IMG/VR virus record: IMGVR_UViG_3300025892_000008
Origin: a virus
Taxonomy: Duplodnaviria > Caudoviricetes
Direction: 5' to 3' (one strand)
DNA length: 64,000 nucleotides
Part shown: positions 25,455 through 34,860 of the stretch, one piece after another
Layout of the letters: each line of letters opens with the position of its first letter
Position numbering within the stretch: position 1 is the first letter of the stretch
Position numbers and translations under genes: made by a program
The notes under the pieces: model-generated
The model's database searches: none
What the model was told of the DNA's origin: nothing
What the model saw: only the letters and a program-made list of their open reading frames with translations

Positions 25455-26351
25455 CTATCTATATAATACTTTGTCAACTGTTCCTGTGTTATTTTCGTCC
25501 GGAGTATGCTTAATTCTAAACCAATTATACTTTCCTGTAACATTATGGAATTCATTTAAATTGGCTGCTGTGATTGTAAATGTATTAATATTTGTCCATG
25601 ATCCTTCAATTGGATTACCACCTTCTCCCAAACTTCCTTGAAGTATTACATCTCCAATATAGTTGTTGTAGTAAAATTGGAATGTGTGTAAACTTTGTGG
25701 TGTAGACATTCTTGGATTTGCTTCTATTGTGCTACTAATAAAATATTCTTCGTATCCTGATGTATTATAATTTTGTGCAAAGTTTGGACGTGGACTATCT
25801 AATGGATCTCCAGATGATTTCTCTGATGGTACATCAAAATTAGTAATTTTTCTGAATGTGTCAACAGTTTTAGTATCATAAGGTTTACCTTCCATACCAC
25901 CTATTATTTCTATAGTGCCAATAGCACCGTATTGACTATCCATGTATAGCGGTGTCTTTGACTCAACTTTGTAATCAGTACTATCTACGTTAGTTCTAGT
26001 TTCTTTGTGGAAACTATATGAGTAATATCCTGCTTCTATGTCTAATAATTCTTCTTCTGTAATAGTAGCGTATACTCTGCCTACACTGATGTCATCTACA
26101 CTACAATCTTTTCTTACAACTAAATCTTGCGTCTCGTTGTTCACTAGATTAAAAATAATAGTGCTGCCTGTAGCATTATACGCTTTTTGATCGCCGTTTC
26201 GTAGTTGCAGATCAATGCGATTGTCTGATCCTCTATAGACCTTTAGATTACGATTGTATACCATTCTGTTTCTCTCCGCAGTCCAAGTTGCTGTGTCACT
26301 TGTGTAAACATCCAACTTGTTTGGATATAAATATATTGAGTTAATTTGCAT
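25455..26351 (-). CDS. putative virion structural protein (beta-rich)
   Basis: Long beta-rich ORF with late TAAATA upstream; no catalytic motif seen. Confidence 0.5.
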   Translation of the reverse strand: MQINSIYLYPNKLDVYTSDTATWTAERNRMVYNRNLKVYRGSDNRIDLQLRNGDQKAYNATGSTIIFNLVNNETQDLVVRKDCSVDDISVGRVYATITEEELLDIEAGYYSYSFHKETRTNVDSTDYKVESKTPLYMDSQYGAIGTIEIIGGMEGKPYDTKTVDTFRKITNFDVPSEKSSGDPLDSPRPNFAQNYNTSGYEEYFISSTIEANPRMSTPQSLHTFQFYYNNYIGDVILQGSLGEGGNPIEGSWTNINTFTITAANLNEFHNVTGKYNWFRIKHTPDENNTGTVDKVLYR

Positions 26352-26405
26352 ATGTTTAACATGAACCTTTATACTATTTATCGATGAGAGCTATCTAAAA
26401 AAAGA

Positions 26406-26777
26406 ATGAGAATAACAAAAAATTTACAAGAGAACTTCCCGTTTATTAGCGTATTAACACACTCTGACAAGGAATATGTGGGAATAATAATAAACCAAGA
26501 CAGCAATGTTACGAGCTTCTATGACTATGAATTGTGTAGTACTGATGAAGAGAAAAGTAAGATGCTTGAGCTAGGAGAAGCATGGTGGTGGGAGTCAAAC
26601 AGGCAAGTTCCTATCAATATATTTTTACGCAATGAAATACAACAGTTTGCATACACAATACGCAATTTTACTTCAAAAGATGTAAGAGTTTTGCATGGTC
26701 CGGTTACAAGTTTAAACAATATTATTATTAAAAGAATAAAACGTAAGTCAATTACTCTAGTCCGAAAGCCGTCTTAA
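26406..26777 (+). CDS. hypothetical protein
   Basis: Divergent plus-strand ORF; YVGIIINQD, WWWESNR motifs. Confidence 0.7.
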   Translation: MRITKNLQENFPFISVLTHSDKEYVGIIINQDSNVTSFYDYELCSTDEEKSKMLELGEAWWWESNRQVPINIFLRNEIQQFAYTIRNFTSKDVRVLHGPVTSLNNIIIKRIKRKSITLVRKPS

Positions 26778-26991
26778 GTGAGCGGTAAGTCACATAATCA
26801 TACACTATAAACATTAAGAATATACCACCGGGTGTTAGTGCCATGCCGAACAAGAATGGCAGGACAAACAATACCAATGCAAGTCTTGTTACGTATTGTA
26901 ATGCCCAGAATTCAGGAACAACCCAAAAAGGCCATTTACCTAACTTAGGTTTTTTAGGGGGTTTTCTATAATCGTTCATTTCATAGTTCAT
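26752..26991 (-). CDS. small membrane protein
   Basis: Hydrophobic ORF coupled to the DnaE-like gene. Confidence 0.55.
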   Translation of the reverse strand: MNYEMNDYRKPPKKPKLGKWPFWVVPEFWALQYVTRLALVLFVLPFLFGMALTPGGIFLMFIVYDYVTYRSLKTAFGLE

Positions 26992-27553
26992 ATAATTGCT
27001 CGCAGATTAAGTTCATTTGTACAACAACTGCTACCGCATATGCTGTTGCATGAGATTTTTTAAAGAAGTATTCATTACCTTTAGGCTTCGTCCACACCTC
27101 GTTCATAATGTCCGTCCACGTCTTTTCTATCAGATGTCTCTTCGCCGGACGTATCATCGCTAGTACCGCTGCCAACTGTGGTATGTTTGTTGGTTTCAGT
27201 TTTCTTAATATGATACCATGTCCGTTGACGTGAAAGAGCAAGTTTGAGAAATCGTCCTGTTCTAGTAGTTCCCATAGTGGTTCCTTATCCATTAATTTTG
27301 TTAGGTGCTCTTCGTTCTTGATCCCTTTGTATAACGATACATTTAAGAAATCAAGTTTAAACAAACCGTTATCTTCGGCTTTGTCATACTCTATACTACA
27401 CAAGTTATTTTTAGGATCAAAAGGAACCTCGTGCATGTAAACTCCTGTGTTGTGTTTAAGTACCTTACCATCATCTTCACGTCTTGCACGAACATGTTTA
27501 AAATGAGATAATGCTTTTTCTCTATCTAAAAAATCTATATCTATATCAGGCAT
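26981..27553 (-). CDS. minimal DNA polymerase III alpha-like (family C) catalytic core
   Basis: PDIDIDF, HNTGVY, KLDFL, MIRP, FKKSHATAYA within 190 aa. Confidence 0.85.
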   Translation of the reverse strand: MPDIDIDFLDREKALSHFKHVRARREDDGKVLKHNTGVYMHEVPFDPKNNLCSIEYDKAEDNGLFKLDFLNVSLYKGIKNEEHLTKLMDKEPLWELLEQDDFSNLLFHVNGHGIILRKLKPTNIPQLAAVLAMIRPAKRHLIEKTWTDIMNEVWTKPKGNEYFFKKSHATAYAVAVVVQMNLICEQLYEL

Positions 27554-28145
27554 CTTGATACTCCCTTGTACTAGAAAAATTAAATGAAATACTTACTCTT
27601 TCTTCATCTATCTGATTCTGTTCTACATGGTGACGTAACCAACTTGGAAATATAAGTAATTTTCCAGTCTCACTTGGATAATGCCAATTTCCTACATTAA
27701 ATGGAGTAGGTTCTGGAACTGTTGGTAGATAGTGTTCTGCTCCGTCTGTTCTTTCAAATGCAAATGCACCCATACCTGGAATAGCATATGGATAATACAC
27801 TCCGCTTAGAATTGATCCAGGATGTGTATGTGGAATATTGTAGGCTCCTTTGCCATTAATCATGAACCATATGTTTGCCAATTTTACATCACCTAATCGC
27901 ACACTTTTTGCACATTCATTTACACAACTGTTTATTCTTTCTAGTAGTTTAATATAAGCATTGTTGTTACTGTTTTCTATGTAAGTACTATGATATCCTG
28001 TTCTGTTACTATGATGTTGCCCTTCACTATCTTGGCTTCTTAATTGATTGGCATACTCAACTAGTGCTTTATTATCTATGTCTTCAAGCATTGTACTCCA
28101 CAAGATACTAGGAAACCACATGTCTGCATGTAATTTATTATCCAT
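27546..28145 (-). CDS. 2OG-Fe(II) oxygenase (TIGR02466-like)
   Basis: HTHPGSILSGVYY, FPSWLRHHV, RVSISFN. Confidence 0.85.
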   Translation of the reverse strand: MDNKLHADMWFPSILWSTMLEDIDNKALVEYANQLRSQDSEGQHHSNRTGYHSTYIENSNNNAYIKLLERINSCVNECAKSVRLGDVKLANIWFMINGKGAYNIPHTHPGSILSGVYYPYAIPGMGAFAFERTDGAEHYLPTVPEPTPFNVGNWHYPSETGKLLIFPSWLRHHVEQNQIDEERVSISFNFSSTREYQDA

Positions 28146-28821
28146 CTATTTTTGCCTCCGCTATTACTTCTTTGACTAGTTCAACGTCAGCAGGAAGTTT
28201 TTTAAATCTGCCTATCCAGTGTTGGGGACTAATAATATCTCCTATTATTGATAGTTGTTCATCATTCATAGTTTTCAACATCTTTTTTCCTGTCTTACTT
28301 TGTAAAAGTAACCATGGAGATATTTTGCCTTCTTTAATATCGTGTGTTGCTCTGTTTAGATTGCAGTAACTAAAATAATGATTCCATGTTGCTTCATTAT
28401 CGTCTGCCCAATCCATCATAGTTTTTATTGTTCTTTGTATTGCACCATCAGCAGGTTCAATTTTTAATAATTCTTTTAGATATGTATCATATAATTCATC
28501 ACGGCACCAATGATCTAGTTTCACTCCGCTCTTTATAACAAAGTCTATAAATTTTTCTGGGTATATAGGGTTAGCGTTAGACATAAAACTTCCAAACTTT
28601 ACAAACGCATTATAGTATGGACTCTTCACAAACTCGTCAAATGTCTTACCTTGCTGTTGTTGACTAATTTCATAAAATCGTTGGTATGTCAAAAGCGCCA
28701 GTTGAACATGCTTTTCGTTTTTAGATAAATGACGTCTTTTCGGTTCACACACATGTACTGCCAGAGTCTTCTCTTTTGAAAATGACTTACCACAGTATGG
28801 ACATTTATAATTTGATTGCAT
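28138..28821 (-). CDS. C2H2 zinc-finger-containing protein
   Basis: YKCPYCGKSFSKEKTLAVHVC. Confidence 0.75.
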   Translation of the reverse strand: MQSNYKCPYCGKSFSKEKTLAVHVCEPKRRHLSKNEKHVQLALLTYQRFYEISQQQQGKTFDEFVKSPYYNAFVKFGSFMSNANPIYPEKFIDFVIKSGVKLDHWCRDELYDTYLKELLKIEPADGAIQRTIKTMMDWADDNEATWNHYFSYCNLNRATHDIKEGKISPWLLLQSKTGKKMLKTMNDEQLSIIGDIISPQHWIGRFKKLPADVELVKEVIAEAKIDG

Positions 28822-29278
28822 TGATTTCTTTCTTATCCCAGCCTAATTCTTTGCAGTATTCTTTGATCTCTTTATCTGTTGTAATTTCACTCATTGCATC
28901 CAAATCTACCTGTTTCATATTAGGATACAGTTTGCCTAAAAACTCTGCCTTTTTGTTTTTGCTTTTTGTTAGTTTCATCCATTTATGGAAAAACACCTTT
29001 TTTGACTCATGACCACAACTACATGCTAGTTGCCATAGTAATTTATTATGCTTGTTTAACAGCAGGAAAAGGTTCTTATTAAAGCGTTCGTTGCCTAGCA
29101 GTACAAAGTGCTCCTTATCTTCTCTAGACCCTTGTACGTTGCTTATATAGCGGTTAAGCGTGAAGAAAACAATACTTTTACGTTGCTCTTCTGACAAATC
29201 ATCCCATACTTCTTTTGCGTTGAGATCAATAGCACCAAGTATTTCATTTAGTTTTAATTTTGCGTCTTTACTCATCAC
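28805..29278 (-). CDS. putative clamp-loader small subunit (gp62-like)
   Basis: LNRYIS and KKVFFHKWMK resemble T4-like gp62 motifs. Confidence 0.45.
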   Translation of the reverse strand: MMSKDAKLKLNEILGAIDLNAKEVWDDLSEEQRKSIVFFTLNRYISNVQGSREDKEHFVLLGNERFNKNLFLLLNKHNKLLWQLACSCGHESKKVFFHKWMKLTKSKNKKAEFLGKLYPNMKQVDLDAMSEITTDKEIKEYCKELGWDKKEINAIKL

Positions 29279-29534
29279 TATCCTTCGACAATTTGTATAT
29301 TAGTTTAAGTTCTTTTAGCATTTTTTGCAAGGCCTTATTTCCCCTATTTGCAAGATGCTGTATTTCAGAAAAATCATGATCGTCCAAATACCAATCAGGA
29401 TATTTTTTCTTTTCAATACAGATTCTAACTCCAGTTTCTGTATCACGTTCAAATATTGTTTCTCCGTTATCTGGAGATTCGTATATCTTAGTCATCCAAC
29501 TTTGTATATGGCGACTGGTCATTTGCAATATCAC
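29268..29534 (-). CDS. hypothetical protein
   Basis: KIYESPD.GETIFER motif. Confidence 0.65.
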   Translation of the reverse strand: MILQMTSRHIQSWMTKIYESPDNGETIFERDTETGVRICIEKKKYPDWYLDDHDFSEIQHLANRGNKALQKMLKELKLIYKLSKDSDE

Positions 29535-29685
29535 GTGCTAGTGCTTGTATGTCTTGAACCAACATATCTATTTGATCGTTGTCTCTTTGATCTTTTGGAG
29601 TGTCGTATTTCAGACGTCTAAGTACCATGGACTTATCGTACATAACATTAACTTTATCACACATTTGACTAATTTTATGAAGCAT
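29488..29685 (-). CDS. hypothetical protein
   Basis: AGGAG RBS. Confidence 0.55.
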   Translation of the reverse strand: MLHKISQMCDKVNVMYDKSMVLRRLKYDTPKDQRDNDQIDMLVQDIQALARDIANDQSPYTKLDD

Positions 29686-29746
29686 TACCTTCTCCTTTTA
29701 GTTAAATTTACTCTTTTATTTTAACATGACAAAGAGTGTTTGTCAA

Positions 29747-30568
29747 TTAAATTTTTAGATAATCTTCCAATGTGTAAAGTTCTTCCATATAAATTGAAAC
29801 TGAGTCCAAAACGTTTTTTGGAGGATCTCCTTCACGTCTATCTTCAATAATTACGTCAAATTCCACTTTGTTTACTTCTTTGAAAGTGTCTACTATCTCT
29901 TTTACTGTATAACCTTTACCATGTCCTAAATTTTCTATAGAATTGGAAGGTGCAGTAATTGCTTTTTCTAATGCATTGCAAATTTCGTTGACATGTACAT
30001 AATCACGTATTGCTGTACCGTCTCTAGTTTCATAATCTCCACCATAAATTGAAAATTCACCAGTTTCAATGGCTTCATTTAGTTTGAAGAACAAACCATC
30101 TGGATTGGTTGCAGCAAATCCATCGGTACCAGTTACATTATAAAATCTAAACATAGTGTACGGCTTGTTATTATTGGTACACACTTCTTCTATTTCGCCT
30201 TCTGCCATTAATTTTGTTAGAGCATAAGGAGATGTAGGTGTTGCAGCAGCACCAGTTGATCCAAATACAAAATTTTTGTAATTTGCTCCGTTTAAAACGT
30301 TGCGTGTTCCAACTATATTTGTTTTTTCGTATCTTGACCTGTGGCTAACACTTTCTCCAACTCTTACTAAGGCTGCTAGGTGTATTACACAGTCGTATTC
30401 ATCTGTCAATTGAAATTTTTCATCAATATTAATTGGAAAATACTTAGTAAGATACGCTGTATGGCTTTCATCGTCTAGATCAATTCCATGTAATTCATAC
30501 TTTCCATGTAACATTTTACATAAATGTTTTCCTATGTATCCGTTACTACCTGTTACTAATATTTTCAT
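29747..30568 (-). CDS. NAD-dependent epimerase (GalE-like)
   Basis: VTGSNGYIG, HLAA, YALTK, RDYVHV. Confidence 0.9.
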   Translation of the reverse strand: MKILVTGSNGYIGKHLCKMLHGKYELHGIDLDDESHTAYLTKYFPINIDEKFQLTDEYDCVIHLAALVRVGESVSHRSRYEKTNIVGTRNVLNGANYKNFVFGSTGAAATPTSPYALTKLMAEGEIEEVCTNNNKPYTMFRFYNVTGTDGFAATNPDGLFFKLNEAIETGEFSIYGGDYETRDGTAIRDYVHVNEICNALEKAITAPSNSIENLGHGKGYTVKEIVDTFKEVNKVEFDVIIEDRREGDPPKNVLDSVSIYMEELYTLEDYLKI

Positions 30569-30570
30569 GT

Positions 30571-31200
30571 TTACTCCGGCCAAAGATGTCTTAGTTTACT
30601 TTTATAATGTTTTATTTTTGCATGCGGTACTTTCTTTTTTGCAAAATAAAAATTATTATAGATTTTACAAGGAAACACACGTATTCTTACGTATCCTCTA
30701 ATTACTGTGGTGTCTGTATGTTCAGTTGTTACTTTGCACAACTTGTTTAGTTCTTGTTGGTCGCTTATACCTGTCTCACACAGTGTCATCCATCGTTCTA
30801 CGAAGTCTAAAGCAGCCTTTGTTTTTCTTACAAACACTATTCCTGCATTTATAGGCAAACTATTTTCAATTTGTTTAGGTTGTCTTACTGTAACACCTAT
30901 ATCATAGTCAAACATTATTTCATCTATAGGTTGTTCTATAAGTGCGTCAGCATCTAGCCACACAACGTAATCGCCGTCGTTGACAGTCTTCAAAGTTTCC
31001 ATAATTAGGCCTGGTTTCGACGGTATTTTTGCTCCGACTTTAGGACTTACCCTTGCATTGAAAGGAGTTCCGTAACCTAGTCCGCCTAAATCATAAACTA
31101 CAGGATCATATCCAACATTTTTAGAATATGCAACTGCTTTGTCTACATATTTTTTAAAATTTGCATCGCCTGCTATAACTGTGGTAATTTTATTAATCAT
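30571..31200 (-). CDS. GT-A fold nucleotide-diphospho-sugar transferase
   Basis: WLDADA DxD motif, INAG, DQQELN. Confidence 0.75.
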   Translation of the reverse strand: MINKITTVIAGDANFKKYVDKAVAYSKNVGYDPVVYDLGGLGYGTPFNARVSPKVGAKIPSKPGLIMETLKTVNDGDYVVWLDADALIEQPIDEIMFDYDIGVTVRQPKQIENSLPINAGIVFVRKTKAALDFVERWMTLCETGISDQQELNKLCKVTTEHTDTTVIRGYVRIRVFPCKIYNNFYFAKKKVPHAKIKHYKSKLRHLWPE

Positions 31201-31206
31201 TTCTGA

Positions 31207-31968
31207 TTAATCTTTGCCGAGCAAAAACTGATTGTATTCTAGTAAAGATTTTGTTGCTTTAGGATCAACACCAACGCTTTCTGCCCATGCACACCATCCG
31301 TAAATGTCTTTAGGAATGCATTTACTGTTGGCTCCTCTATTTTTAGGAAACACAAAACTGAACCATAAGTTTTGTCTTGGGTCGTCACCGTAAACTGCAT
31401 CACGTATTGTGTAGTAATCTACTCCTGCTGCTTCACATGCATCATACAGTTCTTGACACTGCATAACCTTGTAAAATATTGCACGATTTTCTGTAAATTT
31501 AATAATTTCTGCTTCGTATCTTGTTACTTGTCTAATAGTGACGTTTGCATTGTAGGCTTGTTGATAGCATTCAATAACTTTTCTTCTATCTTCTGCTTCA
31601 CCGCCTATAATCATAAACTGTCTTGAATCCATCTGTAAGAAAGGATGATTAGGTGTTTCGCCTAGGTATTCTGGTTGTACAACTATTTTCTTTTTGTATT
31701 TCTTAACCATTTCGTCTGCAAATCCTGGCTGTGTTGCACTTCTAATTACAATAAAGTCAGCACCACATGTTGCTATTGCATCTTCTACAGCAGAACAATC
31801 TAGTCCGTCTCCTTGATTCCATGGAGTAGGTACAGCAAGAAATGCAATGTCACAATTTTCTAAAGGTTTCGTATACCCTTCTATATATTTGTCATATACT
31901 TGTGCATCTGGAAAGAGTTTTTGTGTTGCCTTTCCTATCCAACCGTAACCTATTATTCCTACTTTCAT
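31207..31968 (-). CDS. UDP-glucose/GDP-mannose dehydrogenase-like (short form)
   Basis: GYGWIG, AVPTP, PEYL, EAEIIK, KCIPKD. Confidence 0.8.
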   Translation of the reverse strand: MKVGIIGYGWIGKATQKLFPDAQVYDKYIEGYTKPLENCDIAFLAVPTPWNQGDGLDCSAVEDAIATCGADFIVIRSATQPGFADEMVKKYKKKIVVQPEYLGETPNHPFLQMDSRQFMIIGGEAEDRRKVIECYQQAYNANVTIRQVTRYEAEIIKFTENRAIFYKVMQCQELYDACEAAGVDYYTIRDAVYGDDPRQNLWFSFVFPKNRGANSKCIPKDIYGWCAWAESVGVDPKATKSLLEYNQFLLGKD

Positions 31969-32333
31969 TTGTTACCTTTAATTTTAGTTCCGACAGTGCG
32001 TCTAACAATATCGTCATGATTAAATTCAGCCCAGTACAATTCAAAAGCAACTCCATCTTCTAGTCCTTCAAACTGATGTATCTTTCCTGGCTTTACCTGT
32101 GTGAATTCACCTGCTTCGAGAATAGTTTCATCTACTAGTCCTTCTTGATCAGCATCTTGCCAAACACGTACAATCATCTTGCCCGATTCAACAAAGAATC
32201 CGTTCCATTTATATTGATGTTCGTGTTCTGAACATTTATAACCTGCTTTATATTCAATACGATGAAACTCTAGTACACCGTTCGCATGAATGAGTTCTGT
32301 TTGTCCCCATATTTTACCTGCTTTCATAGTCAT
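31965..32333 (-). CDS. cupin-domain protein (sugar isomerase-like)
   Basis: KIWG, CSEHEH, VKPGKIHQF. Confidence 0.75.
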   Translation of the reverse strand: MTMKAGKIWGQTELIHANGVLEFHRIEYKAGYKCSEHEHQYKWNGFFVESGKMIVRVWQDADQEGLVDETILEAGEFTQVKPGKIHQFEGLEDGVAFELYWAEFNHDDIVRRTVGTKIKGNK

Positions 32334-32369
32334 ATACCTTCCTTTTCTTTTCGGCGTTATCAATACTTA

Positions 32370-32876
32370 TCACATCAAATCTCCCACAGAAACTATTTCT
32401 GATTGTCTGCTTATTTCTTTTACAAAAAATGCACATGGTGGGTTGTACTCGTTGTGTAGTGGTACTGATAGTAATTGTCCGTTTTTCATTTTAGGAAAAT
32501 ACCATCTAACATCTTGATAGATGTTAATTATTTCTATATCAGTATAATCTAATTTATATCCTTTAATTGGATTAAAAACAAATGCTTCAAATCCTCTTTC
32601 GTTGATAGATGTAAGCGGCAATATTTCTGGGTCAGACCCGCTTTCACTATCTCCAACTAGTATTGACCAATCTAAAGGCATCTTAACTTCATGCCCACCA
32701 ATTTTCATCAGTATGGCTGGGCTGTTAAATGATTCTAAAAATATAAGTGGTTGGAAAAAGAAGTCCGGATTCTTAGGATCCGAATTATCCAACACACTAA
32801 ATCTAGCATCTGCTTCAACTTCTTCTGGCAATTCATTCAAGTCAAATGCTTTGTTCTCTAAGGTTAATATTCTCAT
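32370..32876 (-). CDS. hypothetical protein
   Basis: GGAG RBS before MRILTLEN. Confidence 0.65.
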   Translation of the reverse strand: MRILTLENKAFDLNELPEEVEADARFSVLDNSDPKNPDFFFQPLIFLESFNSPAILMKIGGHEVKMPLDWSILVGDSESGSDPEILPLTSINERGFEAFVFNPIKGYKLDYTDIEIINIYQDVRWYFPKMKNGQLLSVPLHNEYNPPCAFFVKEISRQSEIVSVGDLM

Positions 32877-33412
32877 TAGTTCTCCTGTATTCCTGTGTAT
32901 ACCTTGTCTTGTTTGGCAAACCAAACATTATCAGGACCAACTTCGTAGTATCCTATAACATCTTTTACTGCTGCTTCTACAGATGGATAATCGATATCAT
33001 GACCCATCATCCAACCTGTAGGTTTAAGTTTAGGTAACCAGGCTTGTAAATCTTTTTTAACGTTTTTGTATGTGTGCGAAGCATCGATAAAGAAAAAGTC
33101 TAAAGAATAATCTTCGACAAAATCTGGAGATACTCTGCTATCTGTTTCGTATGTTTTTAAACGGTAACCGTATTTTTCTTTTACATTATTATTAAAGAAT
33201 TGGTTTATATCTTTGTCTATTGCATACATTTCACACTGTACATTATTATTTAAAATGTGAAAAGTTGTTTTGCCTGTTCGTACGCCTATTTCTGCACCTA
33301 ATTTTAAGTTATTATTCTTTACAATATCTGAAACAAAGTGCTCTCTTGTTCCGCTAGTAACTGATGTAAATTTTACATCATGTTTTATCTTTATGTCGTT
33401 GCTTACTTTCAT
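32876..33412 (-). CDS. class I SAM-dependent methyltransferase (Methyltransf_24-like)
   Basis: AEIGVRTG, FIDASH.Y, GHD. Confidence 0.85.
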   Translation of the reverse strand: MKVSNDIKIKHDVKFTSVTSGTREHFVSDIVKNNNLKLGAEIGVRTGKTTFHILNNNVQCEMYAIDKDINQFFNNNVKEKYGYRLKTYETDSRVSPDFVEDYSLDFFFIDASHTYKNVKKDLQAWLPKLKPTGWMMGHDIDYPSVEAAVKDVIGYYEVGPDNVWFAKQDKVYTGIQEN

Positions 33413-34860
33413 GTATCTACCTTTGTTACTGAGTGTGGATATTTTGCTTCTCTGTAAAATCTTTTTCTTTCTGTAAGATGTCTTTTTGCATATTTACAAG
33501 TAGAAGTTATATCCCAAATCTGGACAAAATCTTTGTCCTCTGCTTTCCGTATACCGCGGCCAATTGACTGAATAACACGAACAAAAGACTTACCAGGCTC
33601 AATAAGAACAAGGTTAAAAATCCTAGGAATGTTAATACCCACAGCGGCAACTCCGTAAGTAGCAACAATGATTTTGCCATCACTTGTTTTAATTTCGTCA
33701 TATTGTTCTTTACGGTCATCAAGTTTTACATCCCCTTTGATAAATGTAGCATCTGGTATATTTTTTATTAACTTATTACCTGTGTCTATTCTGTTTACAA
33801 GTACAAGTGTATTACCGTTGTTTGCAACTTTCTTAATATGATTGCTAATATATGTTAATCGCTTTTCATCTGTAACTAACCATGTATATTCTTCTTGATA
33901 ATTTCTAAATTCTTCAATGTCTTTTGTTTGTACAATTTGTATATCAAGTTTTGCCAACACACCTCGTTCCTGCAAGTCGTGTGCCGATACGTTATTAATT
34001 ACAGGACCAATTCCTGCAAGTATGCCTTGAAACTCCCACTTTTCCTTAGGCACTGTACCAGTTAGTCCCCAACGTATAGGAGCATTACGAAAGTTTACGG
34101 TAAGTAGTTTTTTCAGTACGTCTGCTTTTGCTTGATGCACTTCATCTATGATTACTGCACTTACTCCTTCAGTAAATTCAGCAAGTGTTAGGCTATCAGT
34201 ATCATGTTTTTTCTTATCTAACACATTAAGACTTTGCCATGTACAAATAGTATGTGTATGATTTAATTCTTTTCTATCACCAAAATATACACCTACATCT
34301 AATCCACAGTTTTTATAATCTTCTTCAGTTTGCACAACAAGACTTTTATTTGGCACAATAACCATTGTACGACCATAAGGCTCGCATAGATGCGAAAGGG
34401 TAGCAGTTGTAATTGTTTTACCTGCGCCAGTTGCTACTTCTTGTAAACTTTGTGGATTTTCTAAAAACTTGTTAACTACATCATATTGATAATCACGAAG
34501 AATAACAGGCTTGCCTGCTTCAGCATGTCCTTCTGGCCAACATATACCTTGGTCGGCCCAATAATTTTCTGTAATTTTCTCAAAGTCTAATTTAGTAGGA
34601 TTGCGCTGATCTATTACTTCTATATCATATCCTGACTCTTCAACTATAGGCAATGCAATGTCAAGATGTGCTACAAATCCATTACCACCAATACCAAAGA
34701 AACTGACAGTGCCGTCCCATCTGCCTAGTTTAAAGGCAGGCATATGACGTGCATAAGGTAAATCAAATTTAAGTTTGTTTACAATCTTTCTGCGTGTTTC
34801 AACAGCAAGTCCTTCAAACTTTACGTTTACTTCGTCTTTTATAATTAACTTACAGTTCAA
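33409..34860 (-). CDS. uvsW: UvsW-like SF2 DNA helicase
   Basis: ATGAGKT, DEVH, TGT, QSIGRGIR. Confidence 0.88.
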   Translation of the reverse strand: MNCKLIIKDEVNVKFEGLAVETRRKIVNKLKFDLPYARHMPAFKLGRWDGTVSFFGIGGNGFVAHLDIALPIVEESGYDIEVIDQRNPTKLDFEKITENYWADQGICWPEGHAEAGKPVILRDYQYDVVNKFLENPQSLQEVATGAGKTITTATLSHLCEPYGRTMVIVPNKSLVVQTEEDYKNCGLDVGVYFGDRKELNHTHTICTWQSLNVLDKKKHDTDSLTLAEFTEGVSAVIIDEVHQAKADVLKKLLTVNFRNAPIRWGLTGTVPKEKWEFQGILAGIGPVINNVSAHDLQERGVLAKLDIQIVQTKDIEEFRNYQEEYTWLVTDEKRLTYISNHIKKVANNGNTLVLVNRIDTGNKLIKNIPDATFIKGDVKLDDRKEQYDEIKTSDGKIIVATYGVAAVGINIPRIFNLVLIEPGKSFVRVIQSIGRGIRKAEDKDFVQIWDITSTCKYAKRHLTERKRFYREAKYPHSVTKVDT

